The position numbers and the translations under genes were made by a program. From an uncultured virus (IMG/VR IMGVR_UViG_3300031787_000017) (taxonomy: Duplodnaviria; Heunggongvirae; Uroviricota; Caudoviricetes), in IMG/VR virus record IMGVR_UViG_3300031787_000017: a DNA stretch of 64,000 nt. The stretch is one strand, 5' to 3'. Shown here one piece after another: positions 19,122 through 28,579 of this stretch. Each line of letters begins with the position of its first letter. The first letter of the stretch is position 1. A model generated the notes under the pieces. The model searched no databases, was not told where the DNA came from, and worked only from the letters and a program-made list of their open reading frames with translations.

Positions 19122-20651
19122 ATGAATCATTGCTTATTATTTGGTGTAAATAACTATCACCGTTCTGCTGGTGCTCACAGAATAGCTTCTCAATTAAGAA
19201 CAGACGGATGGGATGCCGAAGTTATAGACTTTTCAGTTAGATGGCCTTTAGAAAAACTTCAAGAATTAGCAAAATCTAGAATTAATAAAAATACAAAATT
19301 TTTTGGTTTTTCTTTTATATTCAATAGAATTCCCCAAGAAGAAGTGGTTGTTCAATTTATGAAATGGATTAAAAAAACTTATCCAAGTATAATTTTAATT
19401 GGTGGCGGTCAAGGCCTAATGACAGAAAAGTTTTCTATTTTAGACTATTATCTGGTTGGTTATGGGGAGATAGGACTTAAAGCATTACTTTCTTATCTAT
19501 TTTCGAATGGAGAAAAACCTAACTTTGATGCTGCGTTGATATTAAAAGAGAAAAAAACAAAAACAATCAGTACATTACACAAATATCCTGCACACCCTTT
19601 TCCCGAAGCAATTATAAAATATGAGCCTAGAGATTTTTATACTGAGCATGAATTTGGTCAAATAGAATTTTCTCGCGGTTGTAAATTTAAATGTTCTTTT
19701 TGTAATTTTCCTATTTTGGGAGTTAAAGGAGATTATACGAGAGATCCAGAAAGTGTATATGAACAATTAATGTTTAATTATGATAATTATGGTATAAGAG
19801 ATTACACTATTGCAGATGAAACGTTTAATGACTATACAGAAAAGCTTACTAAATTTGCTGATGTTGTAGACAGGTTACCTTGGAAACCTTTTATGTCATC
19901 TTTCATAAGAGCAGATTTATTAGTATCAAGAAAAAAAGATAGGGAAGAATTATTACGTATGGGAGTGACTGCTCATTACTATGGTATAGAAACGTTCAAT
20001 GAAAAAGCGGGAAAATATATTGGTAAAGGTATGAATCCTGAAAAATTAAAAGAAGGAATGATTGAAGTAAAAAATTTTTTTAAAAGTCATGTAGGAAATC
20101 GTTATAAAGGAACTATTGCTTTAATTGCAGGACTTCCCGGTGAAACTTTAGAAAGCTTAGAACAAACAAAAAAATGGTTAATAAAAAACTGGAGAGATCA
20201 AGTCGTAGCACCAAATGTTTTAGAAATTCACAAACCAATACCGGGTGCAAGAAATTCTAAACTTGATGAAGAATATGAAAAATTAGGTTATCGTGAAATA
20301 GTGTTGGATGAAAAAATAATGCTAGAAAAAATAAAAATGATAATCCACCATGATAACTTCGACATTAAAGTTGGAGATTCAGAAGGTTTTTCTTGGGAAA
20401 ATAATGATATGAGTATATATGATGCTATACGTTGGACAGCAGAAATTGAAAAAGAAGTCTATGAAATTGGAGGAATTGATTTAAAAAAACCAGCTGCTCT
20501 TAAATTAGCTCAAATGTATTGTGACGAAAAAGGAAATGTTTTACCTTTAGACGATAAATTATCATTAACATCGGTTTACCATGAAGATGCATTAGGTTCT
20601 AATTTTCAAATTTTTGTTGATAAATATATAGAAAAAAAATTAAGTATTTAA
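19122..20651 (+). CDS. Cobalamin-binding radical SAM protein (class B methyltransferase-like)
   Basis: N-terminal B12-binding-like domain (GAHRIASQLR..GWDAEVIDF...IGGG); EFSRGCKFKCSFC; ADETF; YGIET; IAGLPGET. Confidence 0.85.
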   Translation: MNHCLLFGVNNYHRSAGAHRIASQLRTDGWDAEVIDFSVRWPLEKLQELAKSRINKNTKFFGFSFIFNRIPQEEVVVQFMKWIKKTYPSIILIGGGQGLMTEKFSILDYYLVGYGEIGLKALLSYLFSNGEKPNFDAALILKEKKTKTISTLHKYPAHPFPEAIIKYEPRDFYTEHEFGQIEFSRGCKFKCSFCNFPILGVKGDYTRDPESVYEQLMFNYDNYGIRDYTIADETFNDYTEKLTKFADVVDRLPWKPFMSSFIRADLLVSRKKDREELLRMGVTAHYYGIETFNEKAGKYIGKGMNPEKLKEGMIEVKNFFKSHVGNRYKGTIALIAGLPGETLESLEQTKKWLIKNWRDQVVAPNVLEIHKPIPGARNSKLDEEYEKLGYREIVLDEKIMLEKIKMIIHHDNFDIKVGDSEGFSWENNDMSIYDAIRWTAEIEKEVYEIGGIDLKKPAALKLAQMYCDEKGNVLPLDDKLSLTSVYHEDALGSNFQIFVDKYIEKKLSI

Positions 20652-21292
20652 TCTCTAGAAAAAATGAGTTGAAAAGCTTCAGCGTATTTTACTCCAACTT
20701 GAACACCTCTAAACTTTGATCGTATTTCCATCGACTCCACGCTGCGAGCATCTGGATACTCATAGATTTCTGTTGAATATAAATTTAAAACTCGTTTTTT
20801 TAAGTCTATAAAATTAGATACATCCACATATGTATTAGGTTCAAATTTAGAAACAATCTGAGAAAAAGACCAATCACTACTTGCTGGCATTTCTGAAAAA
20901 TAAAGTTTTTTTACTGTAGAATTTAGTTTAGGGCGGCATGCCACCATACATGATTGTGAAACTATTCTATGGTCCTTGTGTAAATCACCTATACTGTGTG
21001 TATAAACTATTTCGGGTTTAAAATTATTTACAATATTTTCAACTAAACTTTTAGTTTCTGGTAAAGACAATAAACAGTCGGAAAAGTTATATATTTCTGA
21101 TCTAGCACCCAACAAATCACAAGCTTGTTTAAAAGATTTTTTTCTTTCGTAAGAAACTTGTTCATTTCCAGGTCTACTACCATCACATAGTGATACAACT
21201 AAAGTTTCATTTTTCAAAGATGTTTTAGCTATAGTTCCTGCCGGTCCATAACTTTCATCATCTGGATGGGCAAATAAAAAAAGTGTTCTCAT
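20648..21292 (-). CDS. PIG-L/LmbE family N-acetyl sugar deacetylase
   Basis: AHPDDESYG and YTHSIGDLHKDH motifs; ends with AEAF. Confidence 0.92.
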   Translation of the reverse strand: MRTLFLFAHPDDESYGPAGTIAKTSLKNETLVVSLCDGSRPGNEQVSYERKKSFKQACDLLGARSEIYNFSDCLLSLPETKSLVENIVNNFKPEIVYTHSIGDLHKDHRIVSQSCMVACRPKLNSTVKKLYFSEMPASSDWSFSQIVSKFEPNTYVDVSNFIDLKKRVLNLYSTEIYEYPDARSVESMEIRSKFRGVQVGVKYAEAFQLIFSRD

Positions 21293-22212
21293 AACATATC
21301 TCTAATAATGTCATCTATATTTTTAGATGGTGAATAATTAATATATTTTTTAATTTTTGTTAAATCTGGAATCCTAACTTTTATGTCACCGTGATTTTTA
21401 GAAAAAGCGTTTTCATAAGGTACGTGAATTATCTTACTTTTGGAGTTTGTTATTTCTATTACTCTTTTTGCTAAATCGTCGATTGTCATAGGAATATCAT
21501 TGCCTATATTGAATAATTCTCCTTGGATTGAAGATACTTTAATTAAAGAATTTAATGCATCATCTATATGACAAAAACATCTTATTTGTTGTCCTGTCCC
21601 ATATACTATTAAATCTTCATTCGATTTAGCAGCCTGTACAAATTTTGGAAGGACCATACCGTAATCTGCCAATTGGCCGGGACCTACAACATTAAAAAAT
21701 CGAACTATCGTATATGGAAAATTACTAGCTCGAATCATAAACTCCATCATAAGTTTACTGGTAGCGTAACCCCACCGAAGTTTACTACTAGGACCTATGT
21801 TAGCATTTGATTCTTCTGAAAATGGACCTTCTCCATACACCTCACTTGTACTAGAAAATACAACATGCCTTTTAACTTTTTCAAATAGTGGTAAGAGTTT
21901 ATTATTTAATTCAATATTATTAAAAAGTGTTTCAGATGGATATTTGTCGATATATTCAACACCAACACTACCGGCTAAATGAAATATCCTATGATTTTTC
22001 CTAAAAAGTCTCAGTAAATCATTATCATCCATTTTTATAATATCAGCTTCAATAAATTCAAACAAATTTTTATATTCTGAAAAGTCATCTAAATTTATAC
22101 TAGAGGTTTTTAAATTGTCAATAATAGTAACACGTTCTTGTCTTGTTTTTAATAGTTTATGTGTTAAATTTTGACCAATAAAACCAGCACCACCTAAAAT
22201 AATATTATTCAT
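21289..22212 (-). CDS. NAD-dependent nucleotide-sugar epimerase/dehydratase (extended SDR)
   Basis: GGAGFIG, HLAG, SSTSEVYG, YATSK (YxxxK), RFFNVVGP, RCFCHIDD. Confidence 0.92.
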   Translation of the reverse strand: MNNIILGGAGFIGQNLTHKLLKTRQERVTIIDNLKTSSINLDDFSEYKNLFEFIEADIIKMDDNDLLRLFRKNHRIFHLAGSVGVEYIDKYPSETLFNNIELNNKLLPLFEKVKRHVVFSSTSEVYGEGPFSEESNANIGPSSKLRWGYATSKLMMEFMIRASNFPYTIVRFFNVVGPGQLADYGMVLPKFVQAAKSNEDLIVYGTGQQIRCFCHIDDALNSLIKVSSIQGELFNIGNDIPMTIDDLAKRVIEITNSKSKIIHVPYENAFSKNHGDIKVRIPDLTKIKKYINYSPSKNIDDIIRDML

Positions 22213-22903
22213 AAATTATATCATCAAATAAAATATACAAATATAAATTTGAATTTATGTCATCAATTCCATGCAACCAATTTCTAGAATTAAAATTGAT
22301 AATCATTTGTTGATTTATATTTGGTAAAAAATATTTTTTTTCTTCACCGGGAAAATTTACTCTAAGTTTCTCCCACCAATTAATAAAATCAAAAGAGTCA
22401 TTAAACCCGGACAATAAAGATTTTTTAGGCATGGTATCCATAGTATTCTCTATATACTTGAACCAAAAATATTCCTTTATTTCTTCTCTAATTAAAATAG
22501 GTACAATAAAAGTGCGGGTGTTAATGGGAACTGAGTCATCATGTATTCTATATGGATGAGTATGAGCACTAAGTTTTTTTATATTATTAATAGGTAAAGA
22601 TTTATCATTTCCTTGTATCCAACAAACGAATTGTGAGAGAGTTTTAATTTTATCTTTTTCAACTTCATCTATAAAAATTTTTAAATATGAATAAAGTTTT
22701 GTATTAATTAAAAATTCTCTAACTTCTTTTAGAGTCCCTCCAGCATTAAAATGTATTTTGAAAAGTAAATTGACTTCGTTTTCAAATCCAACTAACGCAT
22801 TTTTCTCTTTCATATTTTGTTTACAGATGTCAAATAGTAATCCAACATCACTATCCACAATTTTTAATTGTGAGGGTTTATAATCAACATTCAAATTATT
22901 CAT
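22205..22903 (-). CDS. Hypothetical protein, possibly a cupin/DSBH metalloenzyme
   Basis: 232-aa ORF in the operon; AHTHP followed distally by WLHGID suggests an HxH...H metal site. Confidence 0.45.
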   Translation of the reverse strand: MNNLNVDYKPSQLKIVDSDVGLLFDICKQNMKEKNALVGFENEVNLLFKIHFNAGGTLKEVREFLINTKLYSYLKIFIDEVEKDKIKTLSQFVCWIQGNDKSLPINNIKKLSAHTHPYRIHDDSVPINTRTFIVPILIREEIKEYFWFKYIENTMDTMPKKSLLSGFNDSFDFINWWEKLRVNFPGEEKKYFLPNINQQMIINFNSRNWLHGIDDINSNLYLYILFDDIIYE

Positions 22904-23493
22904 TTATCTAAACCCCTTTTACCTGAAGTAAAATTTTCGTAAATTTCACCTAAGGTTATTTGTTCGATCTCCAATTCTTTTAATTCTACCATACATTTAA
23001 CAACTTTATCAACGTGAGCTATATAATGAATTTTGTTAAAATCTTTAGGTTTATATGCTTTTTTATTTACACATCGTTTAATAAAACAATCGTCTTGCAT
23101 ACCTATTCCGTAGACACTTGGTATCCTATAGTTTACATAATTTCTACCAGAATATTTCAAATAAACTTCCATACTTTGTTTTGCTATATTATAACATTCT
23201 TGTGCTGTGTTGTCAACACTTAATACTCCCATACTACTGGCATTTACGAATAAAGCTGTTGAATTTATTTTTAATGCTTCTCTAGTAACATCGAATATTA
23301 TATCCATAGTTTTGGTTGGATTATTTACTATAAAATTCGTTGTGCTTGGACAAGCTAAATGGTAAATAATATCGCAATCGATTTGTCGAAAATTTCTACC
23401 TATTTCGTAGACAGTATCACCATTTTCTTCTAAAAGTTTAACTAAATTTTTACCTATAAATCCAGTAGAACCTGTAACAACAACACGTTTCAT
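22900..23493 (-). CDS. Short NAD-dependent epimerase/reductase (SDR)
   Basis: VVTGSTGFIG, IYHLA, NASS, YNIAK (YxxxK), RIPSVYG. Confidence 0.85.
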   Translation of the reverse strand: MKRVVVTGSTGFIGKNLVKLLEENGDTVYEIGRNFRQIDCDIIYHLACPSTTNFIVNNPTKTMDIIFDVTREALKINSTALFVNASSMGVLSVDNTAQECYNIAKQSMEVYLKYSGRNYVNYRIPSVYGIGMQDDCFIKRCVNKKAYKPKDFNKIHYIAHVDKVVKCMVELKELEIEQITLGEIYENFTSGKRGLDK

Positions 23494-23495
23494 AA

Positions 23496-23987
23496 TTATT
23501 CTTCCAACAAATTACTTTTCCAGAGAGCGTCGTCCCAACCTAAACGTATAAATCTGACTCCATTATATTTTAATCCATCTTTCAAATTTTTTATAAAAGT
23601 TGAAGAATCTTTTGGATCATAAAGAGGAATATCTAAAGCTTTCATAAGTTGGTGATCATCGAAAACTAAATGTCCTCTACCACAAATACTATAACAACCA
23701 TTATGACCAGCGTTAACAAATACTATACTTCCATATTTTTCTGCCCAACCTTTGATGTTTAGTTTAATCTGCTCATAAGATTTATAAATCACAAATCCGG
23801 CAACTCCGTAAATAATTACTTTTTTCCCTTGACTTGCTAACCCAGCTGCAATATTAATCATGTTGGGTTCCTGTACTCCACAATTTATTATATTGTAATT
23901 TCCATCTGTCCATTTCCACATGTCACAATGTAAAAAATAAACTTCTCCTTTATATAAATTTAAAAATCTATTTAAATATTTTCTCAA
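23496..23987 (-). CDS. Transketolase-like pyrimidine-binding subunit (no C-terminal domain)
   Basis: NCGVQEPNMINIAAGLASQG and YEQIKLN motifs; TTG start overlapping the upstream TGA stop. Confidence 0.8.
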   Translation of the reverse strand: MRKYLNRFLNLYKGEVYFLHCDMWKWTDGNYNIINCGVQEPNMINIAAGLASQGKKVIIYGVAGFVIYKSYEQIKLNIKGWAEKYGSIVFVNAGHNGCYSICGRGHLVFDDHQLMKALDIPLYDPKDSSTFIKNLKDGLKYNGVRFIRLGWDDALWKSNLLEE

Positions 23988-25276
23988 TTATACCATCCAT
24001 TACGTTCGCGTTCCAACCAGTCAATATAATTCATACCTTTTTGTATTTTAATAATTTCTGTTGGATCCATTTGGTCACTAGGTGTTTTAATTTCACTGTC
24101 AAAACCGGATAGTATATAATCCCAAGCTTCCACAGGAAATATCTCCGTTTCTCTATACCTTTCTACTGGAATATTTTTATAATGATTCCAGTATTCATTT
24201 TCTCGTTTACTGTACTTGTAATGTGCCACAACAAAATTAATTATATCATCATAATTTTTATTAACTTGATTGTTATAATCATTTTCGGTTATTTCACCAT
24301 CCAAATAACGTGTAATCTTTTCGAGAGCACTTGTTACGAGATAAATTCCTGTTGATTCTATAGGTTCTATAAATCCGGAAGCTAAACCAACTCTAACTAC
24401 ATTATTCTTCAAATGTATTTTACATCTACCTGTACTAAACTTTACTCGACGAATATCTTTTTCTGTAACATCGACATTTAATTTTTCTTTTATTGCTTGG
24501 ATAAATTCAGACATAACATCAAATTTATCACTGTGTACATATCCCATGGCCAATTGATCTCCAAGTGGAATATTCCAAACCCATCCGTAATTCATTGCCT
24601 TAAATATTGAGTATGGTTTGCATTGTTCTGCGCGATTTGTGTAAGAGTGGCGGTAAACTAATGCACAATTATTTGGTATGATATGGCTAATATCAAAGTA
24701 ATTATCAGGTATGTAACTAAACTTACTATTTAATCCCGTACAATCTATTAAAAAATCATAAGTATTTTCTATTTCTTCCAAAACTGCTGTTTGCCTTTTA
24801 ATAGTAACATTTTTTAAATTATGTACTTGTGTATCTAAATAATTCAACAATTCAGTACTTCTAAAATGTGTTGATGTATCTGGATAATTTAATACATTTT
24901 CCGACACTTTTTCTGTTTTCATCATACGTCTTGTGGACGTGGCATTATACGGTAAAGGTTCACCTAGACCAAAAGGAAAATCAAACTGTTCACCCGGCCT
25001 ATTAAATCCATCAAATACTATACCTAATTTTAATGTTCCGTTACAATGATGAATTATATCTAAATTAGACATTCCTATTCCTATCTTAGAGAGGAAATGA
25101 CTACTTCTAGGTACCAAAGCTTCACCAACACCAATAGGATTGTTTTCTTCTGGATATATCCAAGTAATCTCTTTGTCTGGATACTGATTACTTAGATAAA
25201 ATGTAGTTAAGTATCCTGTAGTTCCACCACCAATGATTGTAATTCTGTTAATGTCTCTATTTTTTTGTAATGCCAT
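23984..25276 (-). CDS. Flavin-dependent halogenase-like protein (tryptophan halogenase family)
   Basis: IIGGGTTG FAD motif, PIGVGEA, TLKLGI (position of the catalytic Lys), IDCTG, GWVWNIPL (WxWxIP) and GFIEPIESTGI. Confidence 0.88.
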   Translation of the reverse strand: MALQKNRDINRITIIGGGTTGYLTTFYLSNQYPDKEITWIYPEENNPIGVGEALVPRSSHFLSKIGIGMSNLDIIHHCNGTLKLGIVFDGFNRPGEQFDFPFGLGEPLPYNATSTRRMMKTEKVSENVLNYPDTSTHFRSTELLNYLDTQVHNLKNVTIKRQTAVLEEIENTYDFLIDCTGLNSKFSYIPDNYFDISHIIPNNCALVYRHSYTNRAEQCKPYSIFKAMNYGWVWNIPLGDQLAMGYVHSDKFDVMSEFIQAIKEKLNVDVTEKDIRRVKFSTGRCKIHLKNNVVRVGLASGFIEPIESTGIYLVTSALEKITRYLDGEITENDYNNQVNKNYDDIINFVVAHYKYSKRENEYWNHYKNIPVERYRETEIFPVEAWDYILSGFDSEIKTPSDQMDPTEIIKIQKGMNYIDWLERERNGWYN

Positions 25277-25947
25277 TTTTTAATATCCTTTTCCATAGAA
25301 ATTACGCCACTACCCTTAATCGTTTTTAAAAAAATAATATTAGGTTTTTCAGAAGAAATACTATTATAAGAATCTAAAATTTCTTTACGATTATGTCCTT
25401 CCACTTCTTGTATGTGCCAATTATAAAGTTTACACATGTCAATAATAGGATGAACTGATAAAATTTCATCTATTTTACCAGTAACTTGTGAATTATTATA
25501 ATCTACTGTTACAAAAATATTTTTAATATTGTTATGTCCTATAAATTGAATAGCTTCGATTGTGTTTCCCATTTGAAGGGTCGCATCACTAATATTAACC
25601 CAAACTTTTTTATTTTTATTTACCAGTGCTATACCAATTGAAACTCCTAAAGCATTACCCATTGTTTCTTCACTGTAATCAACAAAACTAATTTCGTCAT
25701 GTTTAACACCTATACTAAGGTTTTCTACCTCATCGAGGTATTTTAATTTTTTCCAGATTAAATAATAAGTTTGCGCACCAAAAGGTTTACCTATAACAAT
25801 ACAATCATTTGGAGTTACAATTTCATTTGTAAATAATTCATCAACATAATCTAACATACTTAAAGCACTAGGAATATGAGATAAATTTTCTTTATAAGAA
25901 TATTCTAATAATTCTTTTACAGTTATTTTATTTTTCAAATTGAACAT
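25207..25947 (-). CDS. Transketolase-like N-terminal (ThDP-binding) subunit, divergent
   Basis: SHIPSALS, MGNALGVSIGIAL, SDATLQMG...VDYNNSQ (divergent GDG...N motif), VEGHN, KTIKGSG, WHYK. Confidence 0.8.
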   Translation of the reverse strand: MFNLKNKITVKELLEYSYKENLSHIPSALSMLDYVDELFTNEIVTPNDCIVIGKPFGAQTYYLIWKKLKYLDEVENLSIGVKHDEISFVDYSEETMGNALGVSIGIALVNKNKKVWVNISDATLQMGNTIEAIQFIGHNNIKNIFVTVDYNNSQVTGKIDEILSVHPIIDMCKLYNWHIQEVEGHNRKEILDSYNSISSEKPNIIFLKTIKGSGVISMEKDIKKWHYKKIETLTELQSLVVELQDT

Positions 25948-25964
25948 TAATAATTAATTTATAC

Positions 25965-26822
25965 TTATGAATTATAAAAAATTAAACTTTGTGGAGCAAA
26001 TAAAACTTTATTTCCAATTTTTGGTGATCCCCACATGCCATTAAATTCATTATTTTGATCGTCTACAGGTATAAAATTTAATTTACTTGTTAAAGAACTC
26101 AATACTTTAACCCTCTGTTTATAAACACTTTCAATATGAATTAAATCGATATTGGATAATTGACCCGTATGATACAATAATTTCATATCAAACCCTTTTA
26201 CATCATCAAATTCAATATTATCATACAATTTATAAAGATCACCTTCTTTACTTAACCAAATTTTCTTTTCAACTAATTGATCAAATAATTCTCTATAATC
26301 ATCCAGTGTAGCAAATAGATACTCATCATTATAGATAAAATTTTTGTAATAATCAAATAACGAATCACTCTTTTCAAATATAAAAAAAGCCGTTTCTTCT
26401 AATAAATCAAATTCTTTATTTTGTTGGTGTTTTTTACAATGATTATATACAAAATTTAAAAAATTATCTTTAAGTTCTATATTTCTATCATTCCAAAGTT
26501 TTCTATGAAACATAGTTTTTGAACTAGCATTAAGTTGAAATGCAAATTCGTTTAGTTCAAAAAAACCTTCCATACCTTTATGTACAATCATTTCAACAAA
26601 CTCAACATCAAAATGAGGAATGTTAAAGTGTAAAGGATAATAAAATTTATTTTCATTATATTCTTTTGTTGTAGTATCTACTCTACGTTTAACTCTAAAA
26701 TCTGGATAGCGTTCAAGTAATAACTTTTCTCTAGACAAACGAATGTTTCTCAAATAGTCACTTATTTGAGTATATTCTGAACCATTCAAATATTCTAAAT
26801 TGTTTACATCATAAAGTTTCAT
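25965..26822 (-). CDS. Hypothetical protein
   Basis: 285-aa ORF overlapping the upstream radical SAM gene; no motif recognised. Confidence 0.7.
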   Translation of the reverse strand: MKLYDVNNLEYLNGSEYTQISDYLRNIRLSREKLLLERYPDFRVKRRVDTTTKEYNENKFYYPLHFNIPHFDVEFVEMIVHKGMEGFFELNEFAFQLNASSKTMFHRKLWNDRNIELKDNFLNFVYNHCKKHQQNKEFDLLEETAFFIFEKSDSLFDYYKNFIYNDEYLFATLDDYRELFDQLVEKKIWLSKEGDLYKLYDNIEFDDVKGFDMKLLYHTGQLSNIDLIHIESVYKQRVKVLSSLTSKLNFIPVDDQNNEFNGMWGSPKIGNKVLFAPQSLIFYNS

Positions 26823-27744
26823 TTAATTCAACTTCAAAGCTAATTATGTTAAATTGACATTTTTTTTGTTGGCATTTTATAACTTTACCATTTAATAAAT
26901 TTTTAGAAGGATCAAGAAAAATATTTCCTATTGGTTTTTGTTCATTTTCAAAACAACACATAGTAACATCTCCATTTCTATCTACCTCATAAGCTCGAAC
27001 ATTACAGTTTTTACCAGTAAATAATAATTTAGTTTCTTTATACATTTCATACTTACCTTTATTGTAAGGTAAAATAGAACCATCGATTTTATATATTACA
27101 TCAAATTTATTTAAATATTTTTCAAATTTAGAATTCATATTAACTAATTGATTAATAGTTTCTAGAAGATTACTGTTATCTAGAACCAGAGGTTGCAATT
27201 TCATATTTTTTAAAGAATCAAATACTTCCTCAATATAATCTATATCATTTAAATAATCGTTATCGGTAAAAAAGAATAAAGAAGAATATTTAAAATTATC
27301 ATCAACCCATTTTACATTATTTTTAAATTGAACTTTATTTAAATTTTCAGTATGTAAAGTGCATGTTATTTTTACTTTATCTCCAAACTTTTTTAATAAA
27401 TTTAGTCTTTTTTTAAAAAAAGTTGGTTTATGATCGGCATGAGTTATGATTGAAAATTTATGATCAGGATGTGCATTAGTGTACAAATAATTTATTATTT
27501 CTTCAAAATTTTTATGTAAAAGAGGTTCTCCTCCTATCAATTCGATAATAATTTTTTTATTGTTCATAGACATTATTTTTTCAAGTCCTCTGAGAACACC
27601 ACTAATATCATTATTATAACGAACACCATTGGTGTCCGCAACATTGTAACAGTATGAACAACTCTTATCGCACAAAGTAAATAATTCAAATTCTACTAGA
27701 ACATGATCTCCTATAAATTCATTATGTGTTTTTATATGTTTCAT
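26809..27744 (-). CDS. Radical SAM protein with twitch-like C-terminal Cys domain
   Basis: CDKSCSYC, IGGEPLLH; C-terminal FTGKNC...GDVTMCC...KCQQKKC. Confidence 0.9.
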   Translation of the reverse strand: MKHIKTHNEFIGDHVLVEFELFTLCDKSCSYCYNVADTNGVRYNNDISGVLRGLEKIMSMNNKKIIIELIGGEPLLHKNFEEIINYLYTNAHPDHKFSIITHADHKPTFFKKRLNLLKKFGDKVKITCTLHTENLNKVQFKNNVKWVDDNFKYSSLFFFTDNDYLNDIDYIEEVFDSLKNMKLQPLVLDNSNLLETINQLVNMNSKFEKYLNKFDVIYKIDGSILPYNKGKYEMYKETKLLFTGKNCNVRAYEVDRNGDVTMCCFENEQKPIGNIFLDPSKNLLNGKVIKCQQKKCQFNIISFEVELNETL

Positions 27745-27755
27745 TTTGAAAAGTA

Positions 27756-28571
27756 TTATGACAAAGATTTTGCCTCTATACTTCGTTGAACAAATCTCAT
27801 CAATTCATTGTAATATTGATCATCAGTCATTTCTCGACCAGTAATTTTAAAACTTTGTACTCCAACTTGTTTTAACTTTTTCATGGCATTAGGCATCAGA
27901 TCCATACACTCGTATTTACTGTCTATATCTGGGTTAAATTTTGGCAACCAACATTCTTCTATTTCTCGACTATAAGGTCTGCCTGCGGTATTTTCATCAG
28001 CGATAGCTTTAAAGTGTGCATCATAGTGTTTACATCCATAAACACAAGTATCATTTAACATAACTTCCCATTTAGTTCTATCCAATTCGATAGTTCTAGG
28101 GTCAAATACATGCTCAAATCTAGGAACTATCCAATCATAATTTTTTTCGAGAACTTTAAAAAACTGAATATCTTCATCCTGTAATGGAATATTCAGTTGT
28201 CCCATTCCAGTTATACTATAAATTAATTCATAATCTGGATAATTTGAACGAACATATTTTCTCAGATCATCATTAACTATTATTAGTGCATTACCTTTTC
28301 GATGAAATTTTTCTAATAAATGATTACCAACTTCATCATTCAAATCTATCGTATGATTACTTAATGTTAAAGCTATACTTATACCTTTACTATAATAAAA
28401 ATTCATTAGATTTTCATTATAGTAAACATCTCTGTTAATTCTACCACCATTCCATTTACATTTATTTACTCCATCATATACTAATATTTTTGTATTGTCT
28501 ACAATTCTATTAGAAATAAATTTTATTATAGGAATGGTTTTACTGAAAGCACCAGCTATTAGGTATCTCAT
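27756..28571 (-). CDS. Peptidase U32-like Fe-S protein
   Basis: VYDG...WNGGR, EVMLNDTCVYGC....HF Cys cluster, later ECW, and FKITGRE resembling the U32 KIEGR motif. Confidence 0.7.
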   Translation of the reverse strand: MRYLIAGAFSKTIPIIKFISNRIVDNTKILVYDGVNKCKWNGGRINRDVYYNENLMNFYYSKGISIALTLSNHTIDLNDEVGNHLLEKFHRKGNALIIVNDDLRKYVRSNYPDYELIYSITGMGQLNIPLQDEDIQFFKVLEKNYDWIVPRFEHVFDPRTIELDRTKWEVMLNDTCVYGCKHYDAHFKAIADENTAGRPYSREIEECWLPKFNPDIDSKYECMDLMPNAMKKLKQVGVQSFKITGREMTDDQYYNELMRFVQRSIEAKSLS

Positions 28572-28579
28572 ATTCTATT

